Shown here in pieces: positions 1 to 11,079 of a stretch of DNA of 20,000 nucleotides (the first letter of the stretch is position 1; every line of letters starts with the position of its first letter). This stretch comes from Proteromonas lacertae (taxonomy: Eukaryota). Under the pieces are notes generated by a model. That model was not told the DNA's origin and did no database searches. It saw nothing but the letters and a program-made list of their open reading frames with translations. A program made the translations under genes and the position numbers. The stretch lies in NCBI GenBank assembly GCA_002245135.1, contig NGBS01000617.1, forward strand, positions 60,575-80,574. The letters are read 5' to 3'.

Positions 1-1
1 T

Positions 2-3000
2 TATTCAGATTGGAATGTTAGTGATAGTTATATCGAATCTACTCCATTTACTATTTCAGCTTCTTCTGAAGATGTGATGGTTATATTGAATAGATTATTG
101 AAATACAGTCACTTAATCCCATATACTAGTGAAAGTGGTGTGACTTATGTGAATAGAAGTGATTCTTTAAATTCGATACAATATTGTGCTCATTTCAATC
201 CAAATATAAAGAATTTACCTGAATTAGAAATAGAATCAAATTATTCATCAAAAGTGAAAATTGTTAAAGATTATACAATTACAACTACTTCATTATATGA
301 TATTGTTGATATTCCAATAGAAATAGAAGAAATAAATGATCCACCTGAGTTTAGTATACCAGCACCTATAATTCAGCTTGAGGAGAACAAGCCTGTTCAT
401 TTGTATGGTATTAGTTTGTATGATGAAGAAACAACACCTGTTGATGGAATGATTTATGTAAAGATAGTGAGTGAAAATGGAAAATTAACTTTAAATAATG
501 TAAGAGATGATGAAAGAGTAAAATTTTACTTGAAATCAACAATCATTTTAAACGATACAATCTCTAAAGTTAACGAATATATTTCCGATATTATTTATAC
601 ACCCAATGAAGATTGGAATACTGATTATAAAGAAAATGAAACGATCATATTTACAGCATATGATGATATGAAAGATTTAAAGAATCCAAGAGGTACAACT
701 GAAATATTATCATTTATAAAAGTGATGGGAGTTAATTCTCCACCAGTTATTCATATTCCTGGTGAAATAAGAGCCAATAATAATTGTACAATACAACAGA
801 ATGATCCATTACCGTTAGAACAAAGATGTGATAGAATAATTAACTTAGATACTTTAAAATTGAATGTTACACAGAATGAAGTTAAATCAATTGATAATTT
901 ATATATTGTAGATACGGATGGTGAATTATATTATGCATTTAAACATACAGTTGAAGTAAATTGTAGTTATTGTATATTAACATTGAAATCTAAATATGGA
1001 ATAATATTTAAAGACAAAACTGAAGATATTAGTAACAGAATCATTATAGAAGGATCATTAAGTAATATAAACAAAGCAATTAATGGTATGACTTATTTGA
1101 ACAAAAGAGAATATAAAGGAAGAAATGATTTCCTAACTGTTTATGTAAATGATAATGGTAATTCTGGTAAAGGTGGTCCACTTACTGATTATATTAGTTT
1201 ATCAATAGAAATAGCATTAGTTGATGCAGGAACCTCATTTCTTACCTCATTCAAAGAATGTAATAGTGAATGAAGATGAATTGAGTTTATTACCACAGTT
1301 ACAGATTGTTGATGAAGATATAGAAAATGATTTATTGAATTTAGAAATTGAAATTTTACATGGATTTATTATATTACAAGTTGATTTATATAACTTACAT
1401 TATCAATCATTATTGAATATTAGCAACAGTAATGAGAATAATAATGTTAAATATTGTAAACATTGTAGTATAAATGGTACAATATTTGATTTAAATAATT
1501 TGCTGAACAGTTTCTATTATTTAAGTGATTTGAATTATAACAGTGAAATAGGTGAAATTGATAGAATAAAACTCAATATAAGTGATTTTGAGAAATGGAA
1601 TATTACAAATATATATGTTAATATATTACCAGTTGATGATTCACCTGTATTAACAAAAGAAGATGCAATTTATTCAATTAGCAACCGAACAGAAGATAAT
1701 TTATCATTCAAAATCGAAGAAATCCCATTAATAACAATAAAAGAAGAAGAAACAGTCTTAATAGAAGGAATATCAGTAAGAGAAGTTGATTTTAAATATG
1801 AAAATAGTGTATTTGAAGTGTTGGAATGTTTAATACATAGTAACAATGGAAATATAACGATTAACAATTATAAACCAAAATTATATAGTGATGTTATACA
1901 TTACAATAAGTCAAATGTATTAATAATAGATGGTGATTATAGAAACACTAATAATATCCAATTTAGAAGTAATGTATATGAAATGAACTTGTTATTATCA
2001 AATATTACATATAAACCATATAAATATTATAATGGAAATGATAAAATAACAATTGAGGTTAGAAATGATGATAAATACGATGTAATGGAAATAAATATAT
2101 ATATTGAAAGTATTAATAAACCACCAGAAATATATATAAAGAAACGAATTGATGGTTCAAAAGAATTTGTAGTAAAAGAGAATTCAAGTTTCTTATTACC
2201 TCAAATAACTGATTATTGGAATAGTTTTAGAAATCAAACTCAACCTACTACAGAAGGATATGAATTATATGAAACTCATTTCATTACACGAAGATTTGAT
2301 TATTCATATGACTTTGAATTAGTAAAAGATATATTTAAAGGAGAAAATTCATCTTTTCCTAAAGACTTTATTGAGTTTAATGGTAAATTATACTTTAGTG
2401 CTGAAGATGATATAAATGGAAGAGAAATATGGGTAACTGATGGTACAATGAGTGGAACAAAATTATTTTATGATTTAAATCCAGGAATTGGATCATCTGA
2501 TCCTTCAGATTTTGTAGTTTATAATAACAAATTATATTTCACTGCTTATGGAAATGAAATGGAATATAGACTTCATGATGAATGTGATGGTTATAAGACT
2601 GCCAAAATGAATGAAGACATTCTATTTGTTGCTTCAGAGAGTAACGAATGGGATAGAAACCATGTTTATGACTGTCCAAATAACTATCATTGGATGAATA
2701 CCAACGAAGCGAATTTATTATTTAAAAATAACTTAATTAATGGTCCAAGTGATGAAATATCAGCATATTATTCTCAATGTGGTTGGAGTGGATATAGTTA
2801 TAATAATACAGAAAGAAAATATTGGAGATTTAGCGATTCTTATATAAATGGTTCTTATAAGATTGGTGGATATGGAGAATCAATCAATATTCGATATAAT
2901 TTATTTGATGAAGATAAATTTGCTGGAATAATCTGTTATAGAGGAGAAATTGAGTGTATAGAGGGTGAAAAATGTGAGAATTATGATAGAAATCGAGTAT

Positions 3001-4334
3001 TATGGTCAACAGATGGAGTTAATGTAAATACTCATAAAATCATTACCCAAAGACAATCATCCCCTATGTTTAATCCTCGAAACACAATTGTATTTAATAA
3101 TAAGTTATATTTTGAAGCATCAAGTTCAAAATATGGAAATGAGTTATTTGTAAGTGATGGAAGTGAAGAAAATACTAAGATAGTAGCTGATATAAATCCT
3201 GGAATAAAAGGTTCTTATCCTGAAAAATTAGTAACAAATAATAACAACTTATACTTTACAGCTGTCAAAGATAATAAAAGACGATTATATTTATATACCA
3301 CTGAAGATGAATATTATGTAATTAATGAAGATGGTGATATAATAAATGAAATCTTAACAGTCGAAAATAAAAGTAAAATCTTCTTTGATAGTTATGATAA
3401 TGAAACAGGAGTAGAATTATATGTATTTGATGAAGATGATAATAGTAGTTATGTAATAAGTGATATAAATGAAGATAGTGGTAATACAAATCCTTATTCA
3501 TTGTTATATTATAGAGATTATATCTACTTCTTTGGATTTAATGGTTTAACAACTGAATTATATCGAATATCATTGAATAAGATAACAAAAGATGAAGAAA
3601 GTGAAATTGAAGTAGAACAAATAACCAAATTTGAGAAACAACCAACAAATAGTCCAATTCCAAAACATTTAACAATTTACGAAAATAATGAAGATAATAT
3701 TGAATTAATATTTATAATGAATAATTTGAATGGATTAATAAGTAATTTCTATAAAGTGTATAAAAATGAAGTGTCATTATTATATAAAGACAGTTTAGGT
3801 GAGATATTAGTAGAAAATCGAAATATTCATGAAAATCCATTTATAAAATTTAAAAATGATATATATTTCGTTGGAAGAAGATATAATAATGTGAATGATT
3901 TTAATAATAACAATTACATATCTAAAAGACTAGAAAATACAGAAATTTACTCTTCTTTACAAAGTATAGTGGTATATGATTCAGATGCTAAAGATGAAGA
4001 TATATTATATTTCCATATATATTGTAATAAATGTACAATTGAATTGAATAGTTATGATAATCTAGAAATGATGAATAATAATGTTGATGAAAATGATTTA
4101 ATAAACACTAGTTCAATCGAATTTAGAGCTTCATTAAAAAGTGCTAATAAAGCATTTGAAAGAGTGATATATAAAGCCAAAGAGAATGAAACAGATGAAG
4201 ATGAATTAGTGATAATAGTAAATGATTTAGGTCATAATGGTATGAATAATAAAGAGAATGTAGTTGTAGAAAGAATAATGATAGAAATATTATCATCAGA
4301 TATAAATCATGAATTTGAATATGATTTTGAATGA
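2..4334 (+). CDS. 3' part of a very large, probably extracellular protein: cadherin/Ig-like repeats plus an ELWxxDGT-type beta-propeller with a Cys-rich insert. 5'-truncated by the window; one frame break at ~1221-1230
   Basis: The frame of ORF 74..1273 is open from base 2 (YSDWNVSDSY...). Repeated cadherin-like linkers EEINDPPEF, GVNSPPVI, PVDDSPVL, ESINKPPEI and motifs YTPNEDWN, VNDNGNSG, VNDLGHNG. Propeller repeats NGKLYFSAEDDINGREIWVTDGT, NNKLYFEASSSKYGNELFVSDGS, DINPG. ORF 1221..4334 continues the same repeat pattern in the +1 frame. Confidence 0.8.
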
Positions 4335-4747
4335 TAAATGAATGGTGATTTATTAAATACTATTATCACTTTATTATTATTATTATTATTAATATCTATT
4401 TTTAGGTGTTTTAGTATTTAAAAATAACTCAAAATGATTGTTGTCATGAAAATACTAGTAGATTAAACATTAGTAATGTTCGAATATTTTTCTTTTGTTT
4501 TTCTTCTATTATCTTCATAATTCAATATTCTATTTCCATCAATAATTCCTTATGTATTTACTATTTTCTTTAAGATTAATCTTTTTAAATATGGAAATGA
4601 TTTTATACATTTTGCGAATGTATTTATTCATCAAATATTGGTTATAGAGACATTTTCATTAGATTATCAATAAACACATAAAAAACACATAATGTATATG
4701 AAAATTAAAATATAAAGTAAGAAAGTGAATATAATACTAATTTACTT

Positions 4748-4837
4748 TAGGGTTGTATTTATCGGTCAACCGACCAATATAGGTCACAACCGCTGGTTTT
4801 GTGTTGACCGTAGGTCGGTCAAACATATCAACCTTCA
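4748..4837. repeat. hAT-type terminus (TAGGGTTG...) with clustered GC-rich subterminal repeats
   Basis: TAGGGTTG at 4748 resembles Ac/hAT ends. Repeats CGGTCAA (4763), ACCGACC, TTGACCG (4804) and GGTCGGTCAA (4813) occur in both orientations. Lies ~210-300 bp downstream of the hAT transposase stop. Confidence 0.6.
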
Positions 4838-5048
4838 TTATATTAAAATCTATTTTAATTCATTATGGAAAGATATTTGTTTTATAAAAAGAATGAAAAA
4901 TAGTATATTGCAACATTGTAGCAATATTTTGCTTTTAATATTAAATAAATGCTACCGTATAACTTACACATTTGTTAAATCTTCTTATTATTTTATTTAT
5001 TTTTAGTATTCTATTCCAAATGAAAATAAGAAATAATGTTTTTATATT

Positions 5049-5775
5049 TTATAAATCTCTATTTCTCGAAATTAGCACTTTCATTTCAATATGCTCAGAT
5101 GATATATTACATTTGTTTAAATTGCTTAGTCTTCCAGTTTCACTAAAGATTCGCTCTGATTCACTAGAAGATGGTTGGCATGCTAAGTAGTTTTTCGCAA
5201 TTTTAAAAATACGTGGAAAAGAAGCTTTAAGAGTAAGACATATTTTAGATAGATCTTCTCCAGTGCTAAATATTTCTGTATATTCTAGATAATTCATCAC
5301 TTCTTTATCATTACTGATTCTTCTACGCTTTATTGATGTACTTTTTAAATACTTATCTAAATCATTGTTATAACTAATAGATTCATCGTCTATATCTACA
5401 GTATTATCATCATCATAATCTATTAAATTTTCTAATGTATTCTTAGCTTCTCTATATTCTTCGGCAGTAAATCCTAATAATGTTGATTTCATGAATTGCT
5501 TCACTCTAGGATCAAGCAAACAACATAACAAAGGTATTGATGTTTCATTGTTTATAAATTTTATCTTTTCTATGAAATTTCTTTGTATATTTTTTGCATA
5601 TTCATTTAGCTTTGATGGGTATATATCGGTATTAAGTTCATAAATTATTTTCTTTATATTTAACATAGCCATCCCCAAATTGGTTTCTCTTTTTTCCATT
5701 AACAATGTTATGTCGTAAATTGGTTTCAAAATGTTTACTAAATAATCAAGAACAATATAATTAGCAGGGGATCTT
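5049..5775 (-). pseudogene. hAT-family transposase, C-terminal fragment (end of RNase H-like fold plus hATC dimerisation domain), 5'-truncated
   Basis: Motifs LKPIYDITLLME, CCLLDPRVK and FPRIFKIAKNYLACQPSSSESERIFSETG...ISSEHIEMKVLISRN. No BED finger or N-terminal catalytic Asp residues upstream; the coding sequence runs directly into a palindromic terminus at ~5776. Confidence 0.9.
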
Positions 5776-5815
5776 GTGTTTTGGGTGGCCACTCAAAATT
5801 TGGACACCCTATTTC

Positions 5816-6700
5816 TAGAGGTGTTTCAACCTCAATACTCATATTTATCTTACTATTATCATAAAACTAAGCGTTTCTGAACTTATCTTTGTATTTCGTT
5901 AACTTTCAATTCACACATTATGACATTATTTTTATAATTTGAGCACCTCATGGTCCAGACTATAGAGCATCATAACTGCATCTTGGATCTCCAATTTTTA
6001 TTTATATATTATGCTTATTGAATGAGAGTGCTCAAAAAATAACAAGAATCGACACAAACATAAGTTTGATCATTTTTTCAATTTTTATTTTTTGAACACC
6101 TGCCTCCTATAGGAAGTAAGGGCTCAATATAATAATATATTATGTGTATATGATGATTATATCAAACATTCATTCAATTAAATTAATCATATTTTCATAA
6201 TTTAGCTATTTACTTAATTATTTATAATTGATTTATATGCATAATAAAATAATACACATATGTAACACATAATATTTATATGTACCTATTTATACTTAAA
6301 TCAAACATATTTGTAAATATTTCTAATTATAAACATACAAACACTAACAGATGCATATTTATTTGTTACTCAATGATAATTTAACCTTTGTCTTAAAAAT
6401 CAAATCAAAAATCCATAATAACATCAATGTGTCTTTTTTTCTCAGTTTGCATAGCTTCTACTATAGCTAAATTTGCACCTTCTTCTACAACTTTACATTC
6501 TTTTACTAATACACCATAAAATTACCAGTCATTGAGACAAGTTAAGAATTTGGAATGATTTACTTCAGGTTTTGGAATCATGCTTTGATAATTTGCTTTC
6601 TAAAGCATTTCTTACATCTATAGTGAAGTTACCTCCATAACCTTCTACTAATCTTTTCATATATTGTACAGCTACTTCTTTAACATTGGTCTTATGACAT
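5816..6700 (-). mobile_element. Older diverged copy of the 'hAT-like terminus + PCCA 3' fragment' module, in direct orientation to 7459-8290
   Basis: ~5930-6126 aligns with ~7605-7803 (ataactg..ggatctcc; tgagaRtgctcaaaa; ttgaRcacctgcctcctataggaag..agggct). 6350-6410 aligns with 7930-7988. 6430-6690 aligns with the PCCA fragment at 8040-8285. Starts TAGAGGTGTTTCAA. Confidence 0.7.
6430..6690 (-). pseudogene. PCCA: Propionyl-CoA carboxylase alpha-like C-terminal (biotinyl domain) fragment
   Basis: Manual translation with frameshifts: VKEVAVQYMKRLVEGYGGNFTIDVRNALESKLSK/MIPKPEVNHSKFLTC...VKECKVVEEGANLAIVEAMQ. Matches the ...SPMPG...EG..L.IVEAMKM biotin-carrier pattern. Confidence 0.65.
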
Positions 6701-6941
6701 TCCGCTACAATAGGAATAATTTCTTTATTTTAATATTTTTAGTCATTTTCTTTTAATACTACAACAATAGCCTTATCTGAGCTATCAGCGTTATATTTTA
6801 TAAATATTTTGGCTTCTTGCAATTTTATTTCATTTTTATCTAAACCACCATCTCTTAATCTTGATTTGCTACACTAAATATTCTCATCAAATAAGTATTG
6901 ATAGATTGCCTTCTAAAAAACTATAATATTAGCTTATAATT

Positions 6942-7217
6942 GTTGTTCCCGTAAGGCGGAACTCTATATTGCAGAATGATTGAATCAAAACTAATATGAT
7001 ATTCATGATGTTCGGAGTTAGTTATTTACAAATATATAGTTATTTTGTCATATGACCTACATCTGTGATATACTTTTTTATGAACTTCATTATTATAAAT
7101 ATTAAACTAAATTTTGTATATTTTCTATTTTAATGTATTAGTCACTACTACAATCTAAAATACATTATCTATTATGAATAGAATTCACTATTTTTAATGT
7201 TAAGGCGGTTAAAAAAA
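6942..7217. repeat. Solo ~275-bp TIR of the foldback element found at 12140-12778
   Basis: gttgttcccgtaaggcggaactctatattgcagaatg...gaattcactatttttaatgttaaggcggttaaaaaaa is highly similar to 12140-12420. Its inner end matches the reverse complement of the right TIR (12483-12778) better than the left. Confidence 0.9.
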
Positions 7218-7964
7218 TCAATAACCCAAAATTTGAGTGGAAGCTTTTAGATTTGTAATAACTGTGACTTATATCCCAATAACTGAATCTATATTACTAA
7301 TTAAATGCAATAAATTAAGCACTAAAAAGAAAGATTCTTAAAAAATAATAACTTAAAAACTATCACTATGCATGGTAAAGGTGGTTCTGCTCCTAGTTAT
7401 AATTTATTAGACTTACATAATATCATACAAAATTATAATCTTGTGGGAAGTTTGGGTTTAGACGCGTGTTCAAAATTTGAACTCGCCTAATCTAGTTAGA
7501 GTTTGACTCTAATATTTTATATTACCTGACTATAATTGCTTAATTAAGAGATTCTGAGAAGATGGTAGGGATAGCACAACTTTTTTTGGTCTAATTTCAC
7601 GATCTTTTAATGATTTGAGCATTTTTGATTCCAACCTATTGTACATAATAACTGTACACAGGATCTCCAGTTTTTTTATTAAATATCTTACTATTAGATG
7701 AGAATGCTCAAAATATAATGTGTGATAACACAAGCTCGGCTTGAATATTTTTTTATATTTTATAAAATTTGAGCACCTGCCTCCTATAGGAAGCTAGGGC
7801 TTATTTTTGTTAATTAATTAATAAATACTATTATTTTTTAAACTGTTTGACTTATTTACTATCTGAATAACTATCTTAAGCTCTATTTCAATCGTTTATC
7901 CCATAAAAACAATTTAACTAAGTCATTAAGACATATTTATTTATAACTAACTGATAATTGAACC

Positions 7965-8285
7965 TTTTTCTTAAAAAACAAATCATTCAACTAAATTTTG
8001 GCAATCTTGTATCTATTCGAGGAAGTCAACATATTTTACATTTCCATAGCTTCTATTATTGTTAAATTATCACCTTCTTGAACATAATTTACTTACATTT
8101 ATTAAACTACTAGCCATTGGATAAGTTAAGAATTTAGAATCATCTACTTCTCGTTTTATAATCATGAATTTTGATAATTTGCTTTCTAAAGCATTTCTTA
8201 TACCTACAACGAAGTTATCTCTATTGAATTGTAATTGATATACTTCTACTAATCTTTTCATATATTATAAAGCTACTTCTTTTAT
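7965..8285 (-). pseudogene. PCCA: PCCA-like biotinyl-domain fragment (left-arm copy)
   Basis: Mirror of 11080-11400; same ORF MKRLVEVYQLQF...SKFLTYPMASSLINVS and EAMEM*NML. Confidence 0.65.
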
Positions 8286-8299
8286 ATTCAATTTACCTC

Positions 8300-8550
8300 T
8301 CATGATTTAGCTTTGAATATCTAGCTTTTACAACCATTCTTTAAAATTTCTCAGGTGTAAGAAGACCTTTATCATTTGTAATTGTGATCTTATTAGCTTT
8401 ACCAATACTCTCTTTTACAACACTTACATTCAAAGTATTATTAGTTATTATATATTGTCATAGATTCTTCACCTTCAAACACTTGAATTAACACATCGAG
8501 TTGTTAATCACTGTATGTACTAAATACTTGAGTATTATTAACTGAAATTT
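8300..8550 (-). pseudogene. HSP70: Hsp70 substrate-binding-domain fragment (left-arm copy)
   Basis: Mirror of 10815-11065. Confidence 0.8.
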
Positions 8551-9292
8551 TGATATTAATTGTAATTAATTAACTTCTATTAATCCTTTCATATATTCAA
8601 AAGCTAATTCTTTAACTTTGTATAACTTTTACTTTATTAAATCATCTCTTCTAAAAAACCTTTTTAAATCACTATAATTTCTTTTCTGTTCAATAAACAA
8701 GTCTCAATTATTACTTTAACAAGCACACATTCCTATATTATAGTGAAATTCCCATTGCCCAAATATCACTCAATGGACTTATACTACCTGTTTTAATTGA
8801 TTTGTTTAATATTTTTATTGCATATTGATTCTTTGATGGATCTTCACATAATTCAACTAATTTCTTTATTATTTTATATTGATTGATATGTCCATTACCA
8901 CTTTGATCTACTTGTAGCTTTCAATTTATTATTATATTCATTGATTTTTTATTTGTTTTTAAGGATTTAAATCATAATTCTATTTAAAAGATTAGATATT
9001 TCGTTTTCTTTCATTATCTCTTTATTAAATTAATTCAAACTCAATCGTTTTAAGCTCATTCCAATAATAATCGTCACTAGTAAATTTATCTAAACGTTGG
9101 TTCTACCAATTGTTAATCTTGAACTAGTTATTGTAGATAAATTGTAACTGAACCAGGAACATCAATAGGTCAATAGAAAAAACTAGCATCATCTATCAAT
9201 AACTGAGCATATAAATAAGCGAATTTAAATATTCACGATTATTCTTCTTTTGATGAATGCTTTGTTGGGAATGTTTAAACTAACCAACATAA

Positions 9293-9935
9293 TTTATAGG
9301 TAATTGAACATTTCCAAATGCAGAAGGAACTGGGATATACTTTAAATACTTACAATTTGAACAACGAATTGCGACTTTGATGGCTTTTGGTCTTTAAAGA
9401 GATGCACTGATTATAAGTCCTGATATACTGACTAGCTTGTTCACATGATTTGCCTATTATATATATGTACATTAAAAAATCATTTCATTTATACATTTAA
9501 ATGATCGGATTGATATTGAGTTTTGTGAAAATTTCAATAAGACATTGATTGAGGGAGAATTTTCTGCATTTAACTCATTTTCTACTACTCTTTGAGCTGC
9601 AATTTCAAACTATTGATAAGTAATAATAATTGTTTAATGTACTTGTGGTAAATAACAATTTGTCTCTCTTTGTAATACATCAAGTAAAACATTGTTGAAT
9701 ATTCCTAGATGAGCTAAATTAATTTCTACAAAATAGTCACCTCTGTTGAAATTTTCCAATAATGATTTTCTAGTGATAAGAATAATCAATATATTTATAT
9801 ATACCTGTAGATATAAATATTGTTTTCACTATAATCTCTTAAAACCTCTTGAAACTTTGTTTGAGCTTGTAAAGGTTCTAAAGCAGACGATTCACCATTA
9901 AAAATCTTTCATAAAGATAACAAGCCTTCAAACTT
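9293..9935 (-). pseudogene. MCM5: MCM5 N-terminal pseudogene fragment with retained introns
   Basis: Spliced translation: QAQTKFQEVLRDYSENNIYIYR|KSLLENFNRGDYFVEINLAHLGIFNNVLLDVLQRETNCYLPQ|FEIAAQRVV...INVLLKFSQNSISIRS|ANHVNKLVSISGLIISASL*RPKAIKVAIRCSNCK...VQLP. GT-AG introns at 9770-9804, 9610-9642 and 9454-9494. In-frame TAA at 9394-9396. Truncated after the first CxxC. Confidence 0.85.
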
Positions 9936-9989
9936 TTTACCACTTTGTTTATTAATATTTCTTGAATTTAAAATTCTGGAAAGAAAATA

Positions 9990-10627
9990 ACGGGATGTAC
10001 GGGTTCTAGCCCTGTAGTAGTTCCAAATATTTTTGAATCTGAGGTAGAAATAAAAACAGTGAAGTTAAATATACATGAAAAAGCTTTTAAAAACCAAAAT
10101 GGTGGAAGTCAACAGAATTCATCTCGAAACCAACCATTGTCATCTAATAATATAATAAAACCTTCAGTTAGACCAATTGGTCAATCTGTTGTAGGTGGTA
10201 GGCATACACATCAATTAATAGGATCAGTTGGTATGTCTTATTGTTCTGAAGAGTGTGATAATCCTGAAGTTTATGATTGGCTTACAAACGAATCACCTCG
10301 AAATTCCACAACCTCTCATGAAAGAGAAGCTCGAAAAAATGTCAAAAAGTATAGTACAATACTTGTGATATAAGTGAAAATATTCATGCAAAATTAAAAC
10401 GTCATGTAACAATCGATAAGCCTATGGAGCAAACTAATTTATTAAAGTTACAAGTAGATCAAAGTGGTAATGGACATATCAATCAATATAAAATAATAAA
10501 GAAATTAGTTGAATTATGTGAAGATCCATCAAAGAATCAATATGCAATAAAAATATTAAACAAATCAATTAAAACAGGTAGTATAAGTCCATTGAGTGAT
10601 ATTTGGGCAATGGGAATTTCACTATAA
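9990..10627 (+). pseudogene. Ser/Thr protein kinase pseudogene (CAMKK-like) with degenerate N-acylation start and internal deletions
   Basis: ACG-GGA-TGT-ACG-GGT-TCT at 9990 ([M]GCTGSS) is in frame with ORF 10059..10373. Then GNGHINQYKIIKKL-VELC (Gly loop absent), and YAIKILNKS followed within a few codons by SDIWAMGISL (subdomains III-VIII absent). Confidence 0.75.
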
Positions 10628-10744
10628 TATAGGAATGTGTGCTTGTTAAAGTAATAATTGAGACTTGTTTATTGAACAGAAAAGAAATTATAGTGATTTA
10701 AAAAGGTTTTTTAGAAGAGATGATTTAATAAAGTAAAAGTTATA

Positions 10745-10810
10745 CAAAGTTAAAGAATTAGCTTTTGAATATATGAAAGGATTAATAGAAGTTAATTAAT
10801 TACAATTAAT
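10745..10810 (+). pseudogene. Short second PCCA-like fragment
   Basis: VKELAFEYMKGLIEVN*LQL is paralogous to KEVAL*YMKRLVEVYQLQF at 11083 onward and to VKEVAVQYMKRLVEGY at ~6685(-). Confidence 0.55.
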
Positions 10811-10814
10811 ATCA

Positions 10815-11065
10815 AAATTTCAGTTAATAATACTCAAGTATTTAGTACATACAGTGATTAACAACTCGATGTGTTAATTCAAGTGTTTGAAGGTGAAGAA
10901 TCTATGACAATATATAATAACTAATAATACTTTGAATGTAAGTGTTGTAAAAGAGAGTATTGGTAAAGCTAATAAGATCACAATTACAAATGATAAAGGT
11001 CTTCTTACACCTGAGAAATTTTAAAGAATGGTTGTAAAAGCTAGATATTCAAAGCTAAATCATGA
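10815..11065 (+). pseudogene. HSP70: Hsp70 substrate-binding-domain fragment with stops and an internal deletion
   Basis: [25 protein letters not shown] ... LNVSVVKESIGKANKITITNDKGLLTPEKF*RMV, compared with canonical [26 protein letters not shown] and ILNVSA..KSTGK.NKITITNDKGRL. The GIPPAPRGVPQI segment is absent. Confidence 0.85.
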
Positions 11066-11079
11066 GAGGTAAATTGAAT

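Larger units (their letters stand above)
4748..5811 (-). mobile_element. Internally deleted or chimeric hAT element
   Basis: Left end TAGGGTTGTA; right end (reverse complement) TAGGGTGTCCAAA at 5811; encloses the transposase 3' fragment. Termini share only TAGGGT and I see no 8-bp TSD. Confidence 0.55.
7445..8921 (-). repeat. Left arm of ~1.47-kb near-identical inverted duplication
   Basis: Reverse complement of 10444-11922. ORF 8070..8261(-) is identical to 11104..11295(+), and 7530..7733(-) is near-identical to 11633..11827(+). Outer end gggaagtttgggtttagacgcg; inner end ctttgatctacttgtagcttt. Confidence 0.97.

Noticed and set aside
1670..1867. 65-aa minus-strand ORF
   Set aside because: Antisense shadow of the large plus-strand CDS.
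4725..5190. Plus-strand ORFs 4725..5006 and 4972..5190
   Set aside because: They overlap the hAT terminus or lie antisense to the transposase; no motifs.
7437..7444. AATCTTGT at 7437-7444 and 12125-12132 as an 8-bp TSD
   Set aside because: The second copy is ~200 bp beyond the arm end with no terminus beside it; likely chance in AT-rich DNA.
7530..7733. ORF MCYHTLYFEH... and its mirror 11633..11827
   Set aside because: Lies in the terminal module; non-ATG start; the frame is not preserved between arms at the 3' end.
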